Shown here piece by piece: positions 14,186 to 24,111 of a DNA stretch of 41,480 bases; the first letter of the stretch is position 1; each line of letters begins with the position of its first letter. Below the pieces are notes generated by a model, which worked only from the letters and a program-made list of their open reading frames with translations, was not told the origin of the DNA and did no database searches. Origin of the DNA: Candidatus Dojkabacteria bacterium (GTDB lineage: Bacteria; Patescibacteriota; Dojkabacteria; SC72); assembly GCA_041678645.1 (NCBI GenBank), contig JBAYNT010000001.1, positions 1 to 41,480 of the forward strand. Reading direction: 5' to 3'. The translations under genes were made by a program, and so were the position numbers.

Positions 14186-15945
14186 TTCTCTGTTTGTAAT
14201 CTCCATAAAAGGGCATATATCCCTTCATTATTCATAAGATCCTGATGCTTTCCAACTTCCACAATTTTACCTTCATCAAAAACGATAATTTTATCTGCAT
14301 GCATAACTGTAGAAAGTCTATGTGCGATAACTATAGTCGTCTTATGCTTCGTTAAATTTGCAAAGGCTCCCTGTATAGCCTTCTCATTTTCTGAATCTAA
14401 TTGACTTGTAGCTTCATCGAAAATTATAATCTCTGGATTCTCTAACATAACCCTGGCTATAGCCAACCTTTGCCTCTGACCACCAGACAATTTAATCCCA
14501 CGTTCACCGACAACAGTATCGTAACCTTTTGGTAGAGACTCTATAAATCTATCGAGGGCAGAATTTCTAGCGGCTTCTTTTATCTCTTCCATAGAAGCAT
14601 CAGGATTACCATAAGAAATGTTGTATCTAATTGTTTCGTTAAACATTACAGGATCTTGAGGAACTAAACCAATTGCCTTCCTTAAGCTCCTAAGTGTTAG
14701 ATCTTTAACATCAGTACCATTAACCTTTATGCTCCCATTATCGACATCATAATACCTCATAACCAGCTTTGCTAAAGTAGTCTTTCCACTACCAGACTTG
14801 CCGACAAATGCAACTGTCTGATCTAACTTAATCTCAAAATTCACATCTTCCAACACATGCTTCTTGCTCTTGTTTTCGTCATCAACAGTCTCTGTATATG
14901 TAAAACTCACATCTTTAAAAGATATGCCCTTTTTAATATCTCCAATATCCCTTGCGTCCAGCTTCTCCTGAACAACTGATTCCGTTTGCATAATATCCAT
15001 AAATTTTTTTAAATCTACACTCGCCTTCATAAAATCTTTTGCCTTATATGCAAGATTAATCGCCTTCCAAATCATGTTGTACGAATATCCCACAGTAGTA
15101 ACCAGCACGCCCGTAGTCCAGATACCACTCTGAACTTTTGAATAGGTAATAGATATTATTAAAGCTGCTGACAAAAGAGTTATTAAATAAATAGCTATAT
15201 CGAAGAATCTAAATGTTAAAATATATTTCATTCCCTGTTTTTCCCATTCGTCAAACCTCTGCTCTAGTCTCTCTATCTCATACTCTTCCTGCCCAAAAGC
15301 TTTTACTGTTTCAAACCCAATTAGATTATCGGAAATAACCCCTCCTATTTTATCGGCTTCATCAATAACTTTCTTACGAATTTTTATATTCCATTTTAGT
15401 AAAGGATAACCGACAACGATAGAAATTAGTAATGTAGACATGAAAAGAATAGAAAGTAGGGGACTTATCGTATATAGGAAATAGGAAGAGACGGACACAT
15501 CAAAAACATTGATTAAACCCCAAATGTTTAAATTATTAAAAATGGTATTAAGAGCACCATTTATCCTACTGGAAATAGATATAAGAGACCCAGTTGATTT
15601 AGAGGAATGAAATTTATAATCTAGACTTTGTATTTTCTTAACATAATCAACTCTAGGTTTCCTTTCCAGAAATTTGATGTCTATTAGCCCCTCAACATAA
15701 AAAAGAATCTCCTCAATTATGGTCCTAAACACAAGTGTTACAAAAAGAATCTTTATCAACTGCGCACCATCTTCAAAGACAGAAATATTGAGCTTATCAA
15801 CTATTTTTCCGAACAAAAAAGGATAGAGCCCATCTAAAAAAGCAATAGATATGACAGAAGCAACGACGACAATATACATCCACTTCTTTTGCAGAACATA
15901 GTAAAAATATGTCTTTAAAACTTTGTTTGTTTCCTTTGCTTTCAT
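14182..15945 (-). CDS. ABC exporter, fused permease/ATPase (MsbA/multidrug-like)
   Basis: 587 aa with six N-terminal transmembrane helices, Walker A GKSGSGKTT, signature LSGGQRQR and Walker B IIIFDEATS. Its stop overlaps the msrB stop by 4 nt (TTAA). Confidence 0.9.
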   Translation of the reverse strand: MKAKETNKVLKTYFYYVLQKKWMYIVVVASVISIAFLDGLYPFLFGKIVDKLNISVFEDGAQLIKILFVTLVFRTIIEEILFYVEGLIDIKFLERKPRVDYVKKIQSLDYKFHSSKSTGSLISISSRINGALNTIFNNLNIWGLINVFDVSVSSYFLYTISPLLSILFMSTLLISIVVGYPLLKWNIKIRKKVIDEADKIGGVISDNLIGFETVKAFGQEEYEIERLEQRFDEWEKQGMKYILTFRFFDIAIYLITLLSAALIISITYSKVQSGIWTTGVLVTTVGYSYNMIWKAINLAYKAKDFMKASVDLKKFMDIMQTESVVQEKLDARDIGDIKKGISFKDVSFTYTETVDDENKSKKHVLEDVNFEIKLDQTVAFVGKSGSGKTTLAKLVMRYYDVDNGSIKVNGTDVKDLTLRSLRKAIGLVPQDPVMFNETIRYNISYGNPDASMEEIKEAARNSALDRFIESLPKGYDTVVGERGIKLSGGQRQRLAIARVMLENPEIIIFDEATSQLDSENEKAIQGAFANLTKHKTTIVIAHRLSTVMHADKIIVFDEGKIVEVGKHQDLMNNEGIYALLWRLQTEN

Positions 15946-16012
15946 AACTCAAACATTGTAGCAAAGAAAAGCCCGTTTTGACAGGCTTCTTACCTAATAT
16001 CTTGTTGGGAAT

Positions 16013-17359
16013 CTAATAATCTATACTTCCAAACCAACTAGGATCAACATTACTAATGAAAAATGGTAAGCCTCCAATGATAAAAAGTGCTATTAAACCA
16101 ACGAAAATCAACACTCTTAACCACTTCCTTTTTATCATGCCAAAAGATAAAACAATCAAGATGTACAGCGGGGCAATAACTGGGAAAATATATCTACCCT
16201 GAAGTGCTAAAGCAGGGTAGCTACGCTTTAAATACATATCATAGTTTTGGACAAACAGAAGAACAAGTGAATAGAAAAGAGTAACTATAGATATATATTT
16301 AATCTCTCTACTAAACTTCTTCCAATTTAACCCCCCAATTACAGTTGAAATAAGTAAGAAAAATATATAAAAAGGAACTATTACATTTGAAGCAAACAAA
16401 CTATCATCTCCCATAATTCCCACTGTACGCCTAGTCATTTCCCAAATCCACACCCCTGTATATCTAATGGGATCTAATCTCTGCCCACTAAATACCATTT
16501 CAAAGAAACGAACTTCTTGTGGAGGTATTGTTACATTGTCCCTATAAAACACACCATTTTCCAGGCACTGCTCATATGTTAAGACATCCAAACAATCGGG
16601 ATCTAAGGAGTGAAATTTAATCAAGTTAATTCCATATACACCAAAGTTAAGTAGAAACAGTATGGATATGGGTATAAGGAGATACAAAATTTTACCTTTT
16701 AATTCGCTTTTATAAACTCCCCAGTTTTTAATTACATGTATTGCAGCAATTAGAATTAATATAAAAGAGAGTGGTAGAGTAGTGTATTTAGTCAAACCGC
16801 CTAATAAAATCATCATCAACATTAAGAAGATATCTTTCCAATTTCCCATCGTCTTAACTGCTCTGACAAAGAAAAGAATTGAGAATACAGCGAGCATATT
16901 TGCTAAATTGTCATAGTTAATAGAGCTGGAAAGAAATAAGAACATTAATGTATTACTCAAAAGGAATACAGGTAATAATCTCAACCACTTGTTTTTAAAA
17001 AATTCTTTTGATAGCAAATATGTACCAAGCAATGTTAAAAGAGAATATAGTATATTCACGACTCTTAAAAGAATTACTTCATTAAATTGGAAAGTAGCTG
17101 TATTGAGATTTAGGAGTCTCCCATTTAACCAAAAATACAGATAAGGTTGATATTCCAAGTCTCTCCATTTATACGTATCTGGTTGGTTTTTCGGTACAGA
17201 CAATGTTTCTGCATATTTTTGTGACACTCTAAGGTGATACCAAGAGTCAGAAGATACTCCCATTTTTACATTAAAGGCAAGATAGAGAGTAAATGCTAAG
17301 AATATAGCCAAGAAGAGTACTAACAACAATTGTTCTAGATTAAACTTCCTTTTTAGCAA
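16013..17359 (-). CDS. polytopic membrane protein, GT-C-like glycosyltransferase (ArnT/PMT/DUF2142-like)
   Basis: 448 aa with about 11-12 transmembrane helices and a first-loop SSDSWYHLR motif. The start is TTG and overlaps the upstream gene by 20 nt. The family call comes from architecture only. Confidence 0.45.
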   Translation of the reverse strand: MLKRKFNLEQLLLVLFLAIFLAFTLYLAFNVKMGVSSDSWYHLRVSQKYAETLSVPKNQPDTYKWRDLEYQPYLYFWLNGRLLNLNTATFQFNEVILLRVVNILYSLLTLLGTYLLSKEFFKNKWLRLLPVFLLSNTLMFLFLSSSINYDNLANMLAVFSILFFVRAVKTMGNWKDIFLMLMMILLGGLTKYTTLPLSFILILIAAIHVIKNWGVYKSELKGKILYLLIPISILFLLNFGVYGINLIKFHSLDPDCLDVLTYEQCLENGVFYRDNVTIPPQEVRFFEMVFSGQRLDPIRYTGVWIWEMTRRTVGIMGDDSLFASNVIVPFYIFFLLISTVIGGLNWKKFSREIKYISIVTLFYSLVLLFVQNYDMYLKRSYPALALQGRYIFPVIAPLYILIVLSFGMIKRKWLRVLIFVGLIALFIIGGLPFFISNVDPSWFGSIDY

Positions 17360-18314
17360 AGAAAACCTCCTTTAAATTAAATTCTTTAAGAAAAATAAAT
17401 GTAAAGACCATCATAAAGAAGAGCAAAAAGAAGAGGATACCTCTATCAACTATAGCTAACTGTAATATCTGTTCTTGCTCTAGGCCAATACTCTGTGATG
17501 AGATTAGGAATACCGCTTCTCTGATACCTAAGGATCCGGGAGTTAAACTTACAAGAAGAGAGACACCTGAAAGAGAACCATACAAAATTAAATCTAAAAC
17601 CTTTACATTAATTCCCAAAGATATGAATTCGAAATAGATAATTATTGTGTTGACCAGAATGTTTGCAAGAGTAATGGAAATTAGTTGGAGTAGCAACTTC
17701 CTATTACTGACAATATTGTCCCAACTTTTCATAAATCTATCTAGAAACTTGGCAACTTTCCCAAAAAGACTTCTTTCTTTCTTAAATATCCTATCAAATG
17801 GGATTCTTACAAACATTAAAAATAGCATTGCTAATAGGAGACCCCCAAAGAAAAGGATAAGAGTAAAATAGAACTGATCATTTAACCACCATTTTAGGAA
17901 CAGAGATGAGACTCCAAAAATAGAATATAGCAAGAAGAGTATTATATAGTAACCATAGAGTGTTGAAAGGAATTTCGAGTACTCAAAGTTATATTTTTTC
18001 TTCAGATATGTCGCTCTGAATACTGCTCCTGCTCTCATTGGAAGAAGATAGTTACCTACACGCGAGAGGGTAGAGAGATAGAAGGCCTCTTTTGTTGTTA
18101 TCCTTCTATCAAAGGCTAAAAGAGTAACCTTAATAAAATAACCTTCTAGGAGAAAAACGATTAAGAATGATATGACAATAATTAGTAGATATTCCCCTTC
18201 GATATCTTTCAAAACTGTGAGGATTTCAGGGTTTCTGTAGATGTACAATCCAAACAGAATCAGTATCAGCACTGTAAGAAGTAATGATATATATTTACCG
18301 AGTTTCTTTTTCAT
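17340..18314 (-). CDS. UPF0104 / flippase-like (lysyl-PG synthase TM-region-like) membrane protein
   Basis: 324 aa and polytopic. It contains PMRAGAVFRATYLKK and LTPGSLGIREAV, which are typical of this family. Confidence 0.7.
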   Translation of the reverse strand: MKKKLGKYISLLLTVLILILFGLYIYRNPEILTVLKDIEGEYLLIIVISFLIVFLLEGYFIKVTLLAFDRRITTKEAFYLSTLSRVGNYLLPMRAGAVFRATYLKKKYNFEYSKFLSTLYGYYIILFLLYSIFGVSSLFLKWWLNDQFYFTLILFFGGLLLAMLFLMFVRIPFDRIFKKERSLFGKVAKFLDRFMKSWDNIVSNRKLLLQLISITLANILVNTIIIYFEFISLGINVKVLDLILYGSLSGVSLLVSLTPGSLGIREAVFLISSQSIGLEQEQILQLAIVDRGILFFLLFFMMVFTFIFLKEFNLKEVFFAKKEV

Positions 18315-18387
18315 AAATTGATTATACCAAACAAATGCAGTAAAAAACTAACTAAGTAGGCTAAAATGTGATAGAATTATCGCCGAA

Positions 18388-20292
18388 ATGGAAAAAGATT
18401 TTACTCAAGAAAATATAAGAAATGTAGCAATAATAGCACATGTTGATCATGGGAAGACAACCTTAGTAGATGCTCTTATGAAGCAAACTCATCTCTTTAG
18501 GGATAATCAAGAGGAAATGACTCAGGAAAGAATACTTGACTCTGGTGATTTAGAAAGAGAGAAGGGTATTACGATCAATGCAAAAAATATCGCTATTGTA
18601 TACAGAGATACTAAGATAAATATAATCGATACCCCTGGCCATGCAGATTTTGGTGGAGAGGTGGAGAGGACATTGAATATGGCAGATAGCTGCCTTCTAC
18701 TTGTTGACGCGCAGGAGGGCGTTATGCCTCAAACAAAGTTTGTACTCAAAAAGGCCCTACATCAAGGTCTCAAAGTTATCGTTGTAATTAATAAAATAGA
18801 TAAGAAACTGGCAGACTGTAAGAAGACTTTAAGTAAAATACAAGATCTATTTTTAGAACTAGCAAATAATACTGATCAATTAGATTTTCCAGTTTTCTAC
18901 GGCATCTCTAGAGAAGGGAAAATTTTCAAGGAGATTCCTACTGGAGATTTAACTCAACCAAACAGTACACAGGGTGATATTTCACCAATATTAGATGAGA
19001 TTGTTGATAATATGCCTGCTCCAAAAGGGACTTTAGATGGACCCTTCCAAATGCAAATAACCTCATTGGAGTATGATAATCATCTAGGCAGGTATTTAAT
19101 TGGGAGAATAAATAGAGGGAAGGTGAGTATAGATGATCCTGTTGTAATACTAAAGGCAGATAAAGATGGGAGGTTGGAAAGAAATCAGGGTAGAGTACGA
19201 GAACTTTTTACTAAAAATGGCATCTCTTGGGAAGAAACAAAGCAAGCATTCGTAGGTGATATCGTGGCAGTTGCTGGTATTGAATCTTTAAGTATTGGTG
19301 CAACCATATGCAGTCTGGATAAGGAGGAAATCCTACCGGAGATAGAAATTACACCACCAAGTGTAAGAGTGAAGTTTGAAGCGAACACATCACCTTTTGC
19401 AGGTACTGAGGGAGAGTTTGTAACAGCAAAACAACTGGCTCAGAGGTTGGAACAGGAAAAGAATTTAAACGTAGGACTTAAAATAGAGAGCGAAACTGAA
19501 AATATCCACTATGTATCAGGCAGAGGAGAGTTACAATTAGCAATTCTAATTGAACAGTTAAAGAGGGAGGGCTATGAATTCCAGTTAAGTAAACCTGAGG
19601 TAATCTTACAAAAAATTAACGGGGTAATTTCAGAACCTTTAGAGGAGCTAGTAATAGTTGCAGAGGAGAGCTACTTAAGTGAGATAAGCCAAGAGATGAG
19701 CAATAGAAAAGGTTCATTAATAAATATTGAGACTTACAATGGTTACAGTACCTTTACATATGAAATTCTAACAAGAAATATTATTGGCCTTCATAGAATG
19801 CTTATGAACTCAACAAAGGGAACTGCTCTTATCAACAGCTATATCAAAGAGTACATACCTTACAAAAAACAGGAGGAGTTTTTTAGGAAGGGAGTAATTA
19901 TCTCTATGGAGAGTGGTACAGCTTTAGCGTATGCCCTTACTTCAATCCAAGAGAGAGGAAAGATGTTTATTAAAGGCTCGACTGAGGTATATGAAGGAAT
20001 GATAATAGGGATTAATAATCATGAAGATGATTTAGTAGTAAACCCTTGCAAGAGTAGACATAAGAGTAATGTGCGTATGTCACATGCCGAGGTTACAGAA
20101 ATAAATCTTAAAGCCACAATACCCTTAACTATAGAATTCGCACTATCCTTTATCAATGATGATGAATTAATAGAGGTAACACCTAAAAATATTCGATTAA
20201 GAAAAAAACTCCTTACACAAACAGAGAGGGTGTGGTCAAATAGAAAGAACCTAACTGCTTTTGCCAAACAGCAGATGGGGCAATCTAGTTAA
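18388..20292 (+). CDS. typA: translational GTPase TypA/BipA
   Basis: 634 aa. The G-domain has AHVDHGKTT, DTPGH and NKID, followed by EF-G-like domains and the BipA-specific C-terminal domain. Confidence 0.95.
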   Translation: MEKDFTQENIRNVAIIAHVDHGKTTLVDALMKQTHLFRDNQEEMTQERILDSGDLEREKGITINAKNIAIVYRDTKINIIDTPGHADFGGEVERTLNMADSCLLLVDAQEGVMPQTKFVLKKALHQGLKVIVVINKIDKKLADCKKTLSKIQDLFLELANNTDQLDFPVFYGISREGKIFKEIPTGDLTQPNSTQGDISPILDEIVDNMPAPKGTLDGPFQMQITSLEYDNHLGRYLIGRINRGKVSIDDPVVILKADKDGRLERNQGRVRELFTKNGISWEETKQAFVGDIVAVAGIESLSIGATICSLDKEEILPEIEITPPSVRVKFEANTSPFAGTEGEFVTAKQLAQRLEQEKNLNVGLKIESETENIHYVSGRGELQLAILIEQLKREGYEFQLSKPEVILQKINGVISEPLEELVIVAEESYLSEISQEMSNRKGSLINIETYNGYSTFTYEILTRNIIGLHRMLMNSTKGTALINSYIKEYIPYKKQEEFFRKGVIISMESGTALAYALTSIQERGKMFIKGSTEVYEGMIIGINNHEDDLVVNPCKSRHKSNVRMSHAEVTEINLKATIPLTIEFALSFINDDELIEVTPKNIRLRKKLLTQTERVWSNRKNLTAFAKQQMGQSS

Positions 20293-20413
20293 ATCCTCCT
20301 TCCAAGGGCCTCTTTTCCACTGTTTTTTACTAAACATCTTAACAACCTAAAATTAAAAGGGTACAATTTAATTAGTTGTATCATTTTTAATTAAATTATT
20401 ATTTAACTCATAT

Positions 20414-20989
20414 ATGAAAAAAATAATTACAGGAATTCTCCTGCTACTAGTAGTAATTAGTGGAGGAGGCTATATCCTCGCACAAAAGGCAGACGCTGCA
20501 GAGCCAGGGGATGCCCTTTACAATATAGATCTGTTCGCAGAAGATGTAGAAAGGCTCCTAACTTTTAATGAAATTAAGAAAGTAAACTTAGAGACAAAAA
20601 TTCTTAATGAGAGAATCTCTGAACTAGACAGTATGTCTGAATCAGATGCTGACCTTACTGAGATACTAACTGCTGTATCTGCTCAACAAGACAGAGTGAG
20701 GAAACAATTAGGTGTCCTCGAAAATAATCCAGAGAAATATCAAGAGCAAGATATGGAGCAGGTTAGAAATAAATATCAAGGGCAAATACAGGAGAATTTG
20801 GGAATAATGGAAAAAGTACAAAACAAAAGTGAGGACTCATCATTACAAATTAAACAACAACTACAGGAAGATCTAGAAAATTGTCAGTCAGGTAATTGTA
20901 CTAAGAAAGCTGAGGAAAAAACTGCACCAAAAGACTATTGGCAAAGAGATGTTAATGAGAATGAGCAGAAAGGGAATCCTAATAACTAG
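20414..20989 (+). CDS. secreted coiled-coil hypothetical protein
   Basis: 191 aa with a signal peptide/transmembrane segment (ITGILLLLVVISGGGYILAQKADA) followed by a Q/E/K-rich helical region. Confidence 0.6.
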   Translation: MKKIITGILLLLVVISGGGYILAQKADAAEPGDALYNIDLFAEDVERLLTFNEIKKVNLETKILNERISELDSMSESDADLTEILTAVSAQQDRVRKQLGVLENNPEKYQEQDMEQVRNKYQGQIQENLGIMEKVQNKSEDSSLQIKQQLQEDLENCQSGNCTKKAEEKTAPKDYWQRDVNENEQKGNPNN

Positions 20990-21024
20990 TCTCACATAGT
21001 TCTACACTATGATAGAATAGCCCT

Positions 21025-22290
21025 ATGTATAAAACTTTCCATATTAAGACATACGGCTGTGCAATGAATATCGCAGATAGTAACACTGTTAGAAATCTCC
21101 TAAGTAGGAACTCTCTAGAAGAAGTCGCTGACTGGGAAAGTGCTGATGTCATAATCTTAGTTACATGCAGTATAAGACAACAGGCAGAAGATAAAGTCTC
21201 TGGATGGGGCATAAAGGCAAACAACGAAGGTTTTAAGAATAAAACAGTTATTCTTACCGGTTGTATGGGACAAAGGTATAACAGATCGAATAATAAAATT
21301 TCTCAGAAGTATGAAAAACAGCTCTTAGGGAAATTCCCATGGATTACACATATAGTAAACATTAAAGATATTAATCAATTACCCTCAATATTAAAGCTAG
21401 ATGAAAGAGAATTAATCGATACACCCAATATAAACTACGATGAGAACAATATCTATCAAGGTCTCTTTTCAACATCTCATGGCTGTAACAACTTCTGTTC
21501 ATACTGCATTGTCCCTTACGCTAGAGGAGAATTAATAAACTACCCCAAAGAACCTATACTTAATGAAATTCAGGGTTTTGTAAACAATGGAGGTAAAATT
21601 GTTACTCTGCTTGGACAAAATGTAAATAGTTGGGAAGATAAAAATTCAACCTTTGTAGATCTCCTTAAAGAAGTTTCAACTATCAAAGGCGAGTTCTGGA
21701 TTAACTTTCTCTCTTCACACCCCAAAGATTTCTCTGATGAATTAATCGATCTAATTACCACTAATGACAAATTCCTAAAACATTGTAATATCGCAGTGCA
21801 ATCAGGCTCTGATAAAATCCTTACATTAATGAATAGACAGTATAGAGCAAAAGACTTTATTAATATCTGTAATAAAATTAAAGATAGGAATCCAGATTTT
21901 AGAATCACCACAGATACAATAGTAGGATTTCCAGGTGAAACAGAAAAGAATTTTGAAAAAAGTAAAAAACTCCTTAAAGAGTGTGATATAGAAATGGTAT
22001 ATATTGGCAAATATTCACCTAGAAAAGGTACTGTTTCGAGCAAATTAGATGATAGCATTCCATTATCAATTAAAAAGAGTAGGGAGAGAGAATTAAGAAG
22101 TATTGTAAATAAAACTAGGGTTAAGAAACATGAGAGGTTGATAGGAAAGACACTGCCAATACTTATGATTGCTCCACAAAAGGGTATTTCTTACTACAAT
22201 CATGAAGTTATTACAGAAGATATTTACGAGATAGGTAAAATTTACGAACTAACAATTAAAGATTTCACTAAAGCAGGGCTTAAATGCTAG
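21025..22290 (+). CDS. radical-SAM methylthiotransferase, MiaB/MtaB family
   Basis: 421 aa. It has an N-terminal MTTase domain (IKTYGCAMNIADS), a radical-SAM CNNFCSYCIVPYARG motif and a C-terminal TRAM-like domain. Confidence 0.85.
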   Translation: MYKTFHIKTYGCAMNIADSNTVRNLLSRNSLEEVADWESADVIILVTCSIRQQAEDKVSGWGIKANNEGFKNKTVILTGCMGQRYNRSNNKISQKYEKQLLGKFPWITHIVNIKDINQLPSILKLDERELIDTPNINYDENNIYQGLFSTSHGCNNFCSYCIVPYARGELINYPKEPILNEIQGFVNNGGKIVTLLGQNVNSWEDKNSTFVDLLKEVSTIKGEFWINFLSSHPKDFSDELIDLITTNDKFLKHCNIAVQSGSDKILTLMNRQYRAKDFINICNKIKDRNPDFRITTDTIVGFPGETEKNFEKSKKLLKECDIEMVYIGKYSPRKGTVSSKLDDSIPLSIKKSRERELRSIVNKTRVKKHERLIGKTLPILMIAPQKGISYYNHEVITEDIYEIGKIYELTIKDFTKAGLKC

Positions 22291-22308
22291 CATTTGATAT
22301 AATGACGT

Positions 22309-22797
22309 ATGAAACAATTAAAAATATTCACAATTGAAGACCCAAAAGAAGAAAAAATCCTAAGAAAAATCTCTAAGGATGTCAGTATAGAAGAGATAAA
22401 GTCGGAAGATTTCCAGCAGTTCTTAAAAGATCTTCTTTTTACTGCAAAGAACAGTGAGGATCAGGTTGGTATAGAATCTGGCGGAATATCAGCACCACAG
22501 GTTGGTGTAAATAAAAGGGTCGTATATATTTTCAATTACGAAACCGAAGAATTTGAGGTTTTGATTAATCCTGTTGTCCAGAACATAGGTAATAAGACAG
22601 AGATAGATATAGAAGGTTGTTTAAGTGTGCCAAATACAGAGAAAAATGTTAAAAGGTTCAAAAAGATTAAAGTTAAATATATTGATAAAGAAGGCCAAAA
22701 AGTTAACAGAAGATTCACGGGCCTTAACTCTAGAGTAGTACAACACGAAAATGATCATTTGGATGGAGTCCTTTTTATCGACAAAGCTATAGACTAG
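22309..22797 (+). CDS. def: peptide deformylase
   Basis: 162 aa with motifs GISAPQVG, EGCLSVP and QHENDHLDG. Confidence 0.95.
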   Translation: MKQLKIFTIEDPKEEKILRKISKDVSIEEIKSEDFQQFLKDLLFTAKNSEDQVGIESGGISAPQVGVNKRVVYIFNYETEEFEVLINPVVQNIGNKTEIDIEGCLSVPNTEKNVKRFKKIKVKYIDKEGQKVNRRFTGLNSRVVQHENDHLDGVLFIDKAID

Positions 22798-22835
22798 AAA
22801 AATTCTTTAAGAGTGTATACAATGTTTAAAGTAAC

Positions 22836-23990
22836 TTGATAATCATTTCTATGAAAAAGAACCTAATTGCAATTCTATTATTAATCCTAACACCAAGCTT
22901 TATACTGGCGCAGGATATCTCTGTAGAGGATCTACTAGGAACTGACAAACAGGACGAAGCATCTGGAAACATTGAAGAGGTAGAAGAAGGGCCCATACAA
23001 CAGAAGGAGAATGTATTAAAAATATCTATACCAAAATATACTGACAACCCAAGTCATATAATTACTTTCGTTGATCCTTCAGAAGAGAAAAGTGGTGTAG
23101 AAATAGATATTGATGAGAGTGGATATAAGGAAATTAATTCTCCATACTCTCTACCTTCTCTTGGTATAGGAAAACACCACCTAAAATTTAGGTTCGTTGA
23201 CTCTATTGGTGCTACAAAAGTTCTTGAATACGACATCATAATTATTCCTAGACCTCCTATTATTAAGGCTCCTCAGTTTAGTGAGAACAACTTACTTCTT
23301 TCTGGAACAGGTCTAGCGGGCAGTGAGGTTACTCTAATAATATCTGTTGGTGCCAATAACTATACCCAAATGGCAGATATAGATAGTGAAGGTAACTGGA
23401 ACACTTCGATAAGTATGGATAGCGTCGCAAATGGTATCTACACAATTTTTGGATATACACGAAAGAATGGATATGCAAGTAATCCCAGTGAGTCAGCTGT
23501 CATGGAATATGGCAATCAAGGTATAGTTCAAGTTTCAGATCGTAATAAAGAGATATATTTTGATTTTAATGGGATTAAAGCAAATAATATTGTTCAAACA
23601 ATAAAGCAGAATCCAGATCTGTTAATTGCCTTTATCTCCTTCTTGCTAATAGGAGTAATCGCAACAGTTTTGGTATTCACATTTACAAAGAGGGTAGGCA
23701 AAAAAGGTGAGGAAAAGGATATCTCAACGAAGATAAGTGGTAATAATCAAAAGAATGAGAAAACTCTACTAGAGCTGTTTGGTACATCTACCGAAGAAAA
23801 GAAAGATAAGAAAGAGAAGAAACCTAAGATTAAAAAAACAAAGAAGGAGAAAGTAATTACAAAAACTGATTTCTTAAAGGATTTTGAGAAATTTGATCCT
23901 GATAAGGACTCCGGAAAAGAGAATCCAGAGCCTAAAGAGAAAGATAAAAAGGATGTTATAGTAACCCTTACATCTTCAAGGGAGGAGTAA
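22836..23990 (+). CDS. surface protein with Ig-like domain, C-terminal TM anchor and K/E-rich cytoplasmic tail
   Basis: 384 aa. It has a signal peptide (start probably MKKNLIAILLL at 22851), a bacterial Ig-like repeat (LLSGTGLAGSEVTLII...DSEGNWNTSI...ASNPS), a transmembrane helix LLIAFISFLLIGVIATVLVFTF and a KKDKKEKKPKIKKTKKEK tail. Confidence 0.6.
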   Translation: MIIISMKKNLIAILLLILTPSFILAQDISVEDLLGTDKQDEASGNIEEVEEGPIQQKENVLKISIPKYTDNPSHIITFVDPSEEKSGVEIDIDESGYKEINSPYSLPSLGIGKHHLKFRFVDSIGATKVLEYDIIIIPRPPIIKAPQFSENNLLLSGTGLAGSEVTLIISVGANNYTQMADIDSEGNWNTSISMDSVANGIYTIFGYTRKNGYASNPSESAVMEYGNQGIVQVSDRNKEIYFDFNGIKANNIVQTIKQNPDLLIAFISFLLIGVIATVLVFTFTKRVGKKGEEKDISTKISGNNQKNEKTLLELFGTSTEEKKDKKEKKPKIKKTKKEKVITKTDFLKDFEKFDPDKDSGKENPEPKEKDKKDVIVTLTSSREE

Positions 23991-24024
23991 ATACCTTCTC
24001 TATGTGATAAAATATCCCTACGAA

Positions 24025-24111
24025 GCCAAGATGGTGGAACTGGCATACACGCTACGTTCAGAACGTAGTCCAGTAAAATGGGTGGGGGTTCAAATCCCCC
24101 TCTTGGCACCA
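24025..24111 (+). tRNA. tRNA-Leu(CAG), class II with long variable arm, CCA encoded
   Basis: Hand-folded cloverleaf: acceptor GCCAAGA/TCTTGGC, anticodon stem CTACG/CGTAG with loop TTCAGAA, T arm GGGGG-TTCAAAT-CCCCC, discriminator A and CCA. Confidence 0.9.
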
